This document shows positions 36,871 to 48,490 of a DNA stretch of 64,000 nt, one piece after another; position 1 is the stretch's first letter, and every line of letters begins with the position of its first letter. Source of the stretch: Narcine bancroftii (taxonomy: Eukaryota); the NCBI RefSeq assembly GCF_036971445.1, contig NC_091474.1:35650001-35714000 (forward strand). Reading direction: 5' to 3'. The notes under the pieces were generated by a model that was not told the DNA's origin, made no database searches, and saw only the letters and a program-made list of their open reading frames with translations. Both the position numbers and the translations under genes were made by a program.

Positions 36871-38599
36871 ATGACGACGACTGTCTCAGAAACTGTTACA
36901 TAAATTCATGGGAACTTTAAAATTAGGGTAGGGTATCCTCATGTATTTACTCTACTAAAATACAATCATTACCTAAAATTCGACTTTAAAGCATGACTGA
37001 GGATACTTCAGTTCTCACAACATATGGTGTCACACCGTTGTGAATAACATTCTACTATTTCACACAGTCATGACGTATTTAGCAGACTTCATGCCACATC
37101 CCGCATTACTGTTTATAAAATCCACTCTATTGCTGCCTTTCCATCCTCTTCAAATAGCGGTGTCAAAAACCCAGCTCTTTGACTCTCTAGCCCTAATCTT
37201 TACCCCACCCCCAATGAATCTTCGATCTGTGAGCAACTTTGGAAAATGGAAATCCAGGAAAGATACAATATCATCAAAAGTTGAGGGGTTTAGCTTTCAT
37301 CTATTTTATGTCATTAATATATTGTAAAGCACACCGCATTGGGATATTGAAGATATCGATGAGTATTATAGATGAGGTTGTCAGATTGAATATTTCACTT
37401 GTAATATTTCACAAGTTTGCGATTTTGGCATTCGTGTACAAACACTCTTAATTGCTTTATCCATTTTGCACTACTTTTTTCACCTCAAATGCTTCATAAG
37501 TACAACATTTACAAAGCCACTTTTATTTTTCTAGCATGACGTCGACATAAAATGCGCAGCATTAGTTTAGCAGCACATTTTGAAGGAATCAGGAATCTGA
37601 AGTCCATCAAAAATTCTACCATTTGATTTTCACTTGAAAATGTATTAAAAGAAATGATTTGGAACATATATTACTCAAAATTGAATTTAAATAGTTCATT
37701 TTCATCCAAGTTAAACCATCAAAGCTGATTCTTAATCACCTTATGGTGAACCATAGCATTTTGAGCATCTACTAGGCTTGTTTTAAGTGTGATGAAAACC
37801 TTCTTACTTATGTGGATGTGTCCAACTCCAACAACATTCAGGTGTTCAACAGTATTAAGGCTAAACCAGCTCCCTTGACTAGCACCTCATTCACAGGCAT
37901 TCATTCCCTCCATTGTCAAGCTGCTCCACAGCTGCTATATGTTGTATTCTCAAGACACACTGCAGCAGCTTTTTGTTTTAATTACACCTCCAGAAGTTCC
38001 AAAATTACAGTGTGAAAGAATAAGGGCAACAGATGCAAAGTGAATACTTCCATGTCTCCAGGTCAGACTCCATACAAATGGAAATATATTTCTTTTCCTT
38101 CATTATTGCTAACTCAAAATCTTGAAACTCCTTCCCAATATGAGGATGGGGGAGTACCTTCAGCAAGCCTAAACAGTAGTTCAAGAAAGTGGTTCACAGC
38201 AAAGCATTCAAGTGTAAATTGGGGATGGACAATATCTTTCCATTCCAGCAATACTCTTGTCTAAAAATAATAAAGATTATTGCATACCATAGAAAGATAT
38301 TTAATGCATCTGGAGAGATATTTTAAAAAAACATTTAAACTCACCTGATCTCATGCAACAAGCAAAGAGCATAATGTAAGTCAATCCGTGAAGCATATGA
38401 TTACATTGCCATCACAACTAGTGAGGTTTTTTTTTGGATGTAATATGCTACAAAGATGGTCAGTTATAATTTGAACTTCTCTCGGCTTGGGGTTGCTATC
38501 AATGTGTTGAGCATCTGTTCTTTCCTTATCAGCAGGGGGCATCCTCACTTTTCCAGTAAACACCACTGTCTCCATCCAGATTCAGCAAGAACCAAAAAG

Positions 38600-39040
38600 C
38601 ATAGAACAGGATTCAAAGCAGAATTAGAGGATATGAGCTACAAGGAGAGGTTGAACAAACTGAGGATGGAACACTGTAAACTGAGGAAGAAGTGACAGAA
38701 GTTTATAACATTATGAGAGGCATTGATGGGATAGATAGACAATAAGAATCTTTTCTCAGGATAAAAATGTAAAAAAACTAGAGAACATACATTTAAGGCA
38801 AAGAGGAAAGGGACTATTTAAAGGATGTGTGAGGCAAGTTTTTTTTTAAAAACATAAGAGACTGCCGGGGCTAATGATGGAAGCAGATACAATAGTAGTG
38901 TTTGAGCTTCCAGATCGATGCAGGGAATAGAAGGATATATCTCATATACCAGCTGCAGAGATTTAGTTTCATCTTACATCATGTTCGCGCAGACATGATG
39001 GGATGATGGGCTGGTTCCTGTGCACTACTATTTCATGCTT
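38600..39040 (+). mobile_element. CR1 3' fragment
   Basis: LEDMSYKERLNKL..EVYNIMRGID; GGGCTGGTTCCTGTGC tail. Confidence 0.65.
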
Positions 39041-40839
39041 ATCTAATGATATAATTTTTCAATTAATCTAAAATTCAAGAAGACAGCAACATTTTGAAAG
39101 AAATGCATCTTCTGGCAAAGATATTTGCTTTTGTTGCCTCTCCCAGAAGATTCTACAATTCTGAGCAGGTAGGGCATGTCAGGGTGGAGATACTTAGAGT
39201 CACAGTGATGAGGCGCAGGTTGGGTGGGAGACTGAGTCTTGCCCCTCAAGTCTGTATGTTTGGATGTTTAGAAAATGTTCATCTCTGGAAAGATCAAGCT
39301 ATTGCTGTTATCTTATTTTGGCAAAAGACCATACAAAATGGTCACAATAGTTTTAATGGACTAGAAATGTCCTCCAGCCCATGATGAAAGTACATGATTT
39401 GGACCTTCTCGGGAAAGTGGATTTGGTGTATGCTGGATGGCCCCGGAGCAAAACATTTGGGTTTTATCTTTCAAAAATAGTGCAAAGCACATCTTAAAAT
39501 AACTTTATTCTCCTCCATGAGTCATCACGTTTAACAATGCTTAACAGTCAGAATGCTGCAATGTTACTCCCTCACCCCATCCTCTACCCCACCTAGAGCT
39601 GGCCTATGGAGCTGTTATCACATATTGCCAACCGATCCTCAGGTCGACAGCATTGTGTTGGGATCTTTGGGCATTTAGATGTTTACCTGTTCATCTCTGG
39701 AAAGATAATGCACTACACAACATAGTTCCCTATGTTGGAAAAAAGAGGGTAGAGAATGGTCAAAATAGTTATATAGCCCAAGTTACATTTATCTTGGAAA
39801 TGTGAAGATTTATAGGGATGCTACAGTTTAATGATTCTCACCACCGAAACAGAAGAATATTACCAGCATTGAATGACCTGGAGGTACAGAACCACATTTT
39901 TGTTCCCACCCACCCACCCACCTACCCCCACCACCACCCCAGACGCACAGGTCGAGTAGTACAAATGAATAAGCCACACAGAAACCAGGTTAATACTCAA
40001 ACAGCTTATGTGACAAAGTTTTAGAGTGGAAAAAAAGGCCAACCACTATATTATTGCTCACGTACAGAATTCATGAAACAAACTGCTACTCCCGGACTGC
40101 AGTCAATCACAGCGAGATCCAAAGCAACCAATTAGAGGCAAACGGATTATCAGCACGATGTTCCCAGATTCAAGCAGGATGCCCTGTGAAGATTCCTTTC
40201 TGTTCAGTAAATTATTATTCTTGTGAAGTTGAATTGAAATAATAGCAAAAAGATAAAGCAAATAGAATCGTGAGATCATTAATCATTCAAGTGTGAACGA
40301 GACAAAAAAAAATTCGGTTCAAAATAATGACTGGCTTTGAGAGAGTTAACCATTACTCGCAACACACTCGCACTGTGGCTTGGTCCAGGATCGCACACGG
40401 ATACACAAGGAGGGTAAGAATACTGATGCATGGTCCAGTTTCTCTCCTTGCCTACCACAGACCTGGCGTTCATCCTAATCAGGGCAGGAAGTTTTAGCCC
40501 TGAATAGAACCCATTATTTTGATGTGACTATCTGTTAGAAATCAACACTGAGAAATGCAATATATATTGTAACGAGCAGGGCATGGATTCGATGCAGACT
40601 TTAACCTACCTTATAATTCAGAGGGCAATGTTTCATTGTAAATAAATAAACTGGATGAAACGCACAGCGAACCTTCTATTTAGGAATATTCTTAAAATGT
40701 TATTAGACATTCTTCCTTAATTTCTAACCAGCAGGTTAATTATGAACTTTACATTGCATTCTGTGGTTAGGAAGGAAAGGAACATTGTGGAACAAGGAGC
40801 ATTGGAAGTATACTCCTCGGCTGCTTGCATTGAACCTGC

Positions 40840-41320
40840 GCTGGGGGGTGGGGGTCGCCAGGTCTCACCTTGCGAAGAAGCGGAGAGTTGGACGTAGAGC
40901 CCCAGGTAATGCAAAGCTCCTACAATCACTCCAAGCATCCCCATCATGTCTGCTGCGCTGTGCATCTCACATCCGTCGGGCTGGGGTGTCGGAAATCCGG
41001 ACCCGGGTGAGCCGAGTAAAGCACCGCTCGATCTCTCCGCCGAACTGTTCTCCAGGAGCCGCCTCCTCTCTGCGGTACTCGCCGACGTGGCGGAGGAGGC
41101 GCTCCCGACTGAACGGTGCTGAACACGTGGGCGCCTACTCACCGCGCGGAGGCATTCGCCCAACTCTGCCTTTCTTTCATTCTCTCTCTCTCTATCTAAT
41201 TTGCGGCGTCCACGGCCGCTGCTTGCAGAATTAAACTTTTGTAGCCGCAACTCCCAGCTGTCCTCAATAACGTCCCCCGCCTCGTCTTGACTCGGCTTAC
41301 CGGCCTCTCTGACAATCAGT
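40840..41320 (-). promoter_or_regulatory. CpG island covering promoter and 5' UTR of the VSTM2L-like gene
   Basis: Sharp rise in GC and CpG over an AT-rich background; GC-box-like CCCCGCC at ~41275; E-box CACGTG at 41124. Confidence 0.75.
40869..40947 (-). CDS. VSTM2L: First coding exon (signal peptide) of a V-set and transmembrane domain-containing 2-like gene; remaining exons not found in the window
   Basis: 79-nt CDS MMGMLGVIVGALHYLGLYVQLSASSQ+G, then donor CAAG|GTGAGA. GALHYL.L..QL matches the human VSTM2L leader as recalled (GALHYLALFLQL); length and LYVQ..SSQ ending match paralogue VSTM2A. Good Kozak context, inside a CpG island. In-frame upstream ATG at 40965 (MHSAAD) is possible. Confidence 0.78.
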
Positions 41321-41559
41321 GTGCTTGGAGTTGGCTGGTGGGGTCTGGGTGAGTGGCTGGTGGTCCCTTGAAGGGACCTATAGAAGGTCCCGCATTGGGA
41401 CTCACCTGAGTTTCAACGCCCAGGAGGGCGAGGAGGGTGAAAATGAGTGATAAGGAAAACGAGATGTTCTTATAAATACAGTGCGAGTTCCAGTAATATC
41501 AGGGAACTGGGCAAATTGTAGATCTTGTGATGAGTGCCTCGGTCTCTCCAAGCCCTAGA

Positions 41560-41886
41560 CAGTGGATCTCAACCTTTTTCTTTCCACTCACATCCCTATG
41601 CCATAGGTGCTCTGTGATTAGTAAGGGATTGCTTAAGTTGGTATGCGGGTGGAAAGAAGTTTGAAAACCACTAATTGACTTGTTATGTGCACGGCTTCAG
41701 CACTCCAAAGAAAATGGACCAATGACAATTTTTCTCCAGCAAAATATTTCAGTAACAATTGGGTCTAGAGCAGTGATTCTCAACCTTCCCACTCACATCC
41801 CACCTTAAGCAATCCCTTACTAATTACAGAGCACCGATGGCTTACAATGGAATGTGAGTGGCAAGTAAAAGGTTTGAGATCCACTG
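41560..41886. mobile_element. Compound hAT-type MITE just upstream of the promoter
   Basis: Ends CAGTGGATCTCAA / TTGAGATCCACTG; two palindromic units joined by a spacer; flanks CCCTAGA/CCCAAGA. Confidence 0.75.
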
Positions 41887-42562
41887 CCCAAGAGCGCTCT
41901 GTGGTCAGGGGAATACTTCTGAATAGTACCCGCGATAATGCAGAAAACGTTGTGTAGAGAAATGTCCCACAAAAGTTCTGTGACAGCAACCGAACTGTGA
42001 ATAGGGACCTCTTTTCCCTTACTTTCACTCACTTCGCCTCCAAGAGCGTCGAAACTCAGGGTGAGAGCTCCAAATGCAGGACTTTCCTTGCTCTTTACTG
42101 GACCACTTCAGCTCGAAAGGGCCAGTATATTTCCTGCCACCGAGAGCCACGCTGAGTCGGGGCTCATCGGAGCCTGTGGAGCCTCCGAACCAAGCCCCAC
42201 AGGGAATCAGACGCAGAGCCCTTGGGCAATGCAAAGCCCCAGTATTCATCCCACCCACGAATAAGCCTGCATTCGGACCTCATGCAAAGATCCCGGAAAC
42301 GTTAGCTGCCTTTCTCGCTCCGCTGCTGCCAGACCTGCTGGGTGTTTCCAGCACTTTCTGTTTCAGATTGAAAGTCCCACAATATAACCACCAAGTGATG
42401 ACAGGATTCATCTGCTTCGGGAATGCGTTCCGCTGCAAAACCCCCTAAACGGAAAAGTTAACCCTATGGCAAAAGAAGTCTGTCAAAGGAGCTTAGAGGG
42501 ACGAGCAGCATCAGCACCTGGGTCGCCCTCCTGGGACCCCGTTTAGATTAATGGGTAGTGTG

Positions 42563-42719
42563 NNNNNNNNNNNNNNNNNNNNNNNNNNNNNNNNNNNNNN
42601 NNNNNNNNNNNNNNNNNNNNNNNNNNNNNNNNNNNNNNNNNNNNNNNNNNNNNNNNNNNNNNNNNNNNNNNNNNNNNNNNNNNNNNNNNNNNNNNNNNNN
42701 NNNNNNNNNNNNNNNNNNN
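42563..42719. other. N run (gap or masked sequence)
   Basis: Run of N after GTGTG. Confidence 0.99.
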
Positions 42720-42989
42720 ACAAGTTCAATAAAATCCCTCTTATCTTCCAAAACATAGGCGGAGATGCAGCTTCTAATTAAAGGATGGAAAGGCCGTGCT
42801 GTCCTGATCTTGCTCAACGAACAATTGAATTGCTAGGTTTGAGCTGAGGCCTTCAGTATTAGAGCTTCAATCACAGCTTTTCCCAAGCATTTCATTCTGA
42901 ACATTTTCCAACTTAAGCAGTGTAAATAAAGCGTCAAAGAATGATATTTGTATCCATTAACTGGAAATAAAATTATGATCATTTAATTA

Positions 42990-43365
42990 GAACCATAGAA
43001 CATTACAGCACTGAAATAGGCCCTTGGCCCGAGCTCAGTTCCATTGACATCCATAAACTTCCCATTCATGTACCATGTCCACTGACAGTTTGTTCCACAC
43101 TCTCTCCACTATCTGCGTGAAGAAATTCCCCCTAATGTGCCCCGAAACCGCTCACCTTTCACCCCGAACATGTCCTCTATTCTGTCTCACTTGTGGACAA
43201 AGCCTGTTTGTATTTATCACCCTACCCATTATAATATGATATCCCTCTATCAAATCTCCTCTCGTTCAACTACGCTGCAGGGAATGAAGTCCGAATGTGT
43301 TTAACCTTTCCTTAAAACTCAGTTCCAGAAGTCCCGTCAACATCCTTGTAAACCTTTCAATCTTT
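42990..43365 (-). mobile_element. CR1 3' fragment
   Basis: Plus strand AACCATAGAACATTACAGCAC..ACCCTCTATCAAATCTCC-like text is the reverse complement of a CR1 tail. Confidence 0.6.
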
Positions 43366-45303
43366 CCTGCTTGCTTCGCATGACATCATCTTTTAAAATT
43401 TGTTAATAAAAACGCTGTTTCTGACTAGCACTGCGATGTTAAGTCATTAAAACAGGAAGTAATAGAGATGGCTATCTGAGAAGGAAAATAATCGATTCTG
43501 ACCAAAGCCTTACGACCTAAAACGTTTTCCTGGTGGCAATTATTGCTGGAGACCAGATACAATTTATGACACATTATAGACCGTTCCGCCTATCGAGTTC
43601 AGCCTGGTCGTTCAGCCATCGCTATTCCACTATCCATACTTGGTGTGTGGCGTGGCAGACATTCTTCAAGTACACATCTCACTGTTCTCTGCCTCTATCA
43701 GAGAGTGGGTGCCAGACCCCTATTGCCATTTGGGTGAATTACATTTCTTGCATCTCTTCTCTAATTCTACCACTTACATTTATCCGGCGTTGTTGGAACC
43801 TTAGTCAAGGAAAATCTGTCTTATCAAGGAGCTTTAAACTTTATTTAAAATAAAACCACTTAGCAAACATATTACAATATTTCAAACTTAATCCAAATAC
43901 ATGTGGTATTTTATAAAAAAAATAAACTAAAGACAAAAGAATGAAAAAGCTCATGAATTCCCCCAATTCCCTACAAACTAAAAAAAAGAAAGAAAAAGAA
44001 GAGGGACAAGAAAACCATTACAGGAGAACTTCACTTTCCGATACTTTTACATGTATTTGTAGAGACCGAGAAGATAAAGGGAATGTTCGAGATTCATTTA
44101 AATTTTAATACCAACAGTTTGTAGATATGGGCTCCATATTTCACAAAATGTGAAATTCCCATTCATGTATCTCTTAAATTAGAAGTAATTTCTCAGGTGG
44201 AATACAGCTCCGAACTTCTGCATGCCACCTATCCATTCCCAAATCAAACATTTTTCAAGGAGCTGAATAGTTAATAATTGTCTCCCTCGCCTCATCTATT
44301 CCAAGGAAAAGAGGCTATTTAATCATCAGCTTTGGAAAATCTCTTGTTTGTGATGCTATGGACAGAACTGTGCATAATTCCCAGGCTGAGCCCAGGAGCG
44401 TCATATACAATTATTTAATTCTGCCCCCCTTTCCAATATGCTGTGATAAAGTCAAAACGGGAAAGCCATCGCGTCCTTTAATTACCTTACTAACTCTGCG
44501 TTAGGTATACTGAGCATTTCCGGCAATATCCTTTTGTTTGCTTGGGCGGATCTCTCAAATATTTTGGAAGTAAACTACAATCAAAGATCCAATGACCTAC
44601 AAAGAAAAAACATTCTTAAATCCCCGCATGGACTTCACAAGAGCTTCATACTTGAAGAAATCAGACTTGGCATAGAGCCATAAATCAAGGTATGAGCTAT
44701 CTTTCTGTTGTCTAACCTTAATCACAAGTTCTCAGCGCGGTGCTTGGCATTGCACCCCAGAAAGAAAGAAAAAAGAACGCGTTAGCTAATCGAATTGGGG
44801 CCTTCTTCAGAAGATATATTCGTGTTCTTGCATTAGCAGTTCACTTGCCTTGTCTTCTAAAAGGTAAGGCAGTGGAACCCATTGGCTGAGGAGGCGACGG
44901 GGGGTGGGGGGGGGGGGGTCTCCATATGAGAATAGCGTGCCAATAGCAGTTATCCTGAATTAATCGCTCAAAACTTCCTTTAGATATTATTTGGACGTCA
45001 GAAATGTTATCTGCATTCCCTTCGCATGAGGATGATTATGAAAGTTAATGATAACATACACCGATTAGGATGATTACATATTAATAAGCACTACCTTTGC
45101 CCTAGTGCGCGCAATAGGAGGAAACCACGTCGTCGCCACATGGGGAATCACAGGTCAACACTGACGCCTACAACAACTGCTTGATTTCGCGCCTGCATAA
45201 ATAAAGGCGAGTCTCCCGTGACCAGGGAGGCACCGGTGCTTTCACCAGAGCACTGTGTGTTCTCAGTGAAATGCATCTGATATCCGCTACTTGATAGCTG
45301 GAG

Positions 45304-45330
45304 TTCAGCACCACTCCGGTGGACAGCACC
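45304..45330 (+). promoter_or_regulatory. Non-canonical (8-bp spacer) RE1/NRSE REST-binding site
   Basis: TTCAGCACC-actccggt-GGACAGCACC: both half-sites match the RE1 consensus; ~4 kb upstream of a gene whose family is mainly neural. Confidence 0.65.
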
Positions 45331-45384
45331 GGTAGCCACTAGAAACGCCAGAGCAGTTAGCCCCACTACTTGTCAACTGAGGTA

Positions 45385-46018
45385 CTCTCTCTCTCTACCC
45401 CCGCCCTCTCTCTCTTCCCCTTTCCTCCCTCCCGCCCCTTTCTCTCCCTCCCCTCTCTCTCTCTCTCTCTTCCCCTTTCCTCCCGCGCCCCCTCTCTCTA
45501 CCCCCGGTCTCTTCTCCTTTCCCCCCTCTCCTCCTTTCCTCCCTCCCGCCCCCCTCTCTCTTCCCCTTTCCTCCCACGCCCCTCTCTCTCCATTCCTCTC
45601 TCCCCCTCTCTTCCCCTTTCCTCACTCCCGCCCCCTCTCTCCCTCCCCTCTCTCTCTCTTCCCCTTTCCTCCCTCCCGCCCCCTCTCTTTTCCCCTTTCC
45701 CCACTCCCTCCCCTCGCTCTCTCTTCCCGTTTCCTCATTCCTGCCCCCTCTCTCCCTCCCCCTCTCCCCCCTCTCTCTCCCCCCTCTCTCTTCCCCTTTC
45801 CTCCCTCCCGCCCCCTCTCTCCCTCCCCTCTCTCTCTCTCTTCCCCTTTCCTCCCTCCCGCCCCTCTCTTCCCCTTTCCTCCCTCCCGCCCCTCTCTCTC
45901 CCTCCCCCTCTCTCTCTTCCCCTTTCCTCACTCCCGCCCCCTCTTTCCCTCCCCTTTCTCTCTCTTTTCCCCTTTCCTCCCTCCCGCCCCTCTCTCTCCC
46001 TCCCCCCTCTCTCTTCCC
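45385..46018. repeat. Polypyrimidine/polypurine minisatellite running into an N gap
   Basis: Repeated core CTCTTCCCCTTTCCTCCCTCCCGCCCC with (CT)n linkers; plus strand almost purely C/T. Confidence 0.95.
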
Positions 46019-46174
46019 NNNNNNNNNNNNNNNNNNNNNNNNNNNNNNNNNNNNNNNNNNNNNNNNNNNNNNNNNNNNNNNNNNNNNNNNNNNNNNNNNN
46101 NNNNNNNNNNNNNNNNNNNNNNNNNNNNNNNNNNNNNNNNNNNNNNNNNNNNNNNNNNNNNNNNNNNNNNNNNN
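46019..46174. other. N run (gap or masked sequence)
   Basis: Run of N after the CT-rich repeat. Confidence 0.99.
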
Positions 46175-48490
46175 GATAATCAAAGCCACAATTTCTGATG
46201 TTTATTTAACTCAAGGACATATTTTATCACGGAATTAGAATGTTCTTGGATGCTGGTTGTAGCTTGCATGCTGCTGTGTTGAGATGCCACCTAATCCTTT
46301 ATTTGCTCTATTCCCACGAACAAAGCTGCCTCTTTCCGCGTGATATACGCCAAATGTCAGGGTTTTCTATAATGCAGCAATCATTATCAGGCACTCTGCT
46401 GCCTTCCCTCAAAGCATCCCTGAGCCGAAGGATTTCTCGTGCAACCCAGTTATGTATTTTCACTTCACTTTGCCATCAGTGTATCTATTAAGATACTGTT
46501 CCTCGCTATGAAAGGATCATAGCTGGCCCTTTCTAAAGATTTCCAGTGCCTTTGTCAAATATTCCAATGTTTATTAATTTCAACATTCCTACTTGAAATA
46601 AAGTTAGAATCCTACGCTATCTGTTATTTCCCTTTTGAAATGGCTGCTTAAAGATGTGACTTTATTTGTGTGTGTGTGTGTGTGTGTGTTCGCGCAAGGA
46701 GTCGTAGACCCAGGAACAGGATGCAGAGGGATGGAAACGGCGCCCATGTCAAACCCGCTCGAATCCATTCACCGGGCAGTGAAAAGAGACGGCGATAAAG
46801 GCGACAGGTTTGCACACGGAAAAGGAACAGCCCGTCTGAAACCGCTGTCACTTTCCATCATCCACACTTGGCCATCAAGCAAAAATTCTCAAACTTGGAG
46901 GCAAAGGTGTGTCGGGTCTCGGCAGCACGAAGTCACAATATAATTCAGGACAAGAAGTCCATGCGATCGTTTGTGTTCGTACTGGCTTCTTCGAAAGAGC
47001 TAACAATGCGCCCCACTCTTTGCTCTTGTTGTTCCCCGCTTAGATGCAGATCTCGTTGTACACGCAACTGTTTGCGGCAACATTTTCGAGCTCTCCAAAG
47101 CGGCAGAAATGGAAAATCCCTTCGGATTCTTTTGCCAATTAGATTTTTAAAAATATAACATGTATGCCTTGTGTTGATGGAGCCTCCTGCATGTGTTGTC
47201 GGTCTTTGCTTGGCTGATTTATTAAAACTCCACAGCTGCGAATATTTCAATTAAACCCCTCTCAGTATTTATCCATCCAAACCGTATTAAAGGTCACAAA
47301 GCGGTGCGCTTTAAAGTATGCTCACTGATGTAACAGAGGGAAAATGCATGGACGGGCGAAACATAATAACCTGATAGATCACCAAAAATGATCGGGTAAC
47401 CTTGCACCCGCCAATGTTACGGTCATGGCCGGTTTAACTCGTGGGGTAACATCTTGCCCGATTTGTTTGAAGGCACATTGCGGTCACCGGTCAATTCTCG
47501 AATTCTCGTGAAGGGCAGCGGTTACAAACCATTGGAATTAAAAATCCGGTAGCCATTCGTTGCTGGGACAAAGATGAGGATGGATTTTGTTATTTTCTCC
47601 CTCGTTCGGGCAGTAAAAGTGAGTTATGGGAGCCCACCTGCTATGACACATGTTAGCCCATCATCCCAGCAAATGCTGTGAATTATGAAGCAGTTTCTTT
47701 TAAACAACACCTGGCAGCTGATGCTGTTCCTGTTAGACTGGAGGTTAGATTCTTCACCGCTTGTACTACATGCTTTCAGGTGTTAGAACCTACTGGCTCC
47801 AAACGCCAATGAATCAACCTGCAAGGTCCCCATGAATGGGCTTTCTTTCTCCCTCTGCTTCCCCTACTCATTACGGTCCATCTTCCACCCCCACCGCCCG
47901 AGTGCCATCCGGGTTCTTGATAGGGCTGGAGACAGTCTATACCCAACCATGGGTTAAAGGTAGATAACGACATGACAGGTCACCTTGTTGAACTGCTCGC
48001 CATTTCTCAGGGGTCCTGTTGTCCAATCCACCAGTAAAACATACTTTAAAAGAGAAGCTTCGCCAGTGCTTATCATGGATCACCTCACGTCTGATCTGAC
48101 AGTTATCATGTGCTCCCGTTTTCTGCGCCACCCATGTGTATTAATTTCACCATCTGGGTTCTAACAAAGTGGTAATTAAGGTAGAGGAGGCGACTTATCT
48201 CAGAGAATTCTGCAACCTCTCGCCCACTCTATCGGGGTTCGTCCCCTGGACGTCAGCAAGAGCGAACTCTCCAAGAGAATGTTAAGGGGCGGCGATCTTT
48301 CCAACCCCGGGCAACAGGCCAGGGACAGTCATGGGGTGGGAATCACTTTGGGATGGTAGACTGGACGGTCATCTCAATGTTGGACGGTTGGTATTCTTGC
48401 TGGGTGACCATATTAGTTGATAAAGTTCATTTGGTAATTTAAGATATATTGGTATCCGACACAAGGCGGTTGAGTACCCATCCCCAAGAG

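Noticed and set aside
40717-41250. 177-aa ORF as a single-exon gene
   Set aside because: Begins at a non-ATG codon, includes GC-rich 5' UTR and reads through a strong splice donor; only the leader-encoding part is supported
42511-42530. TCAGCACCTGGGTCGCC as a canonical RE1
   Set aside because: Right half-site (GGACAG) not matched
45370-46189. Long Pro/Ser/Leu and Gly/Arg/Glu ORFs
   Set aside because: Translations of the C/T minisatellite and the N gap
46945-47250. 101-aa ORF in CpG-rich DNA as an exon of an upstream gene such as CTNNBL1
   Set aside because: No similarity to a protein I recognise and no convincing splice sites
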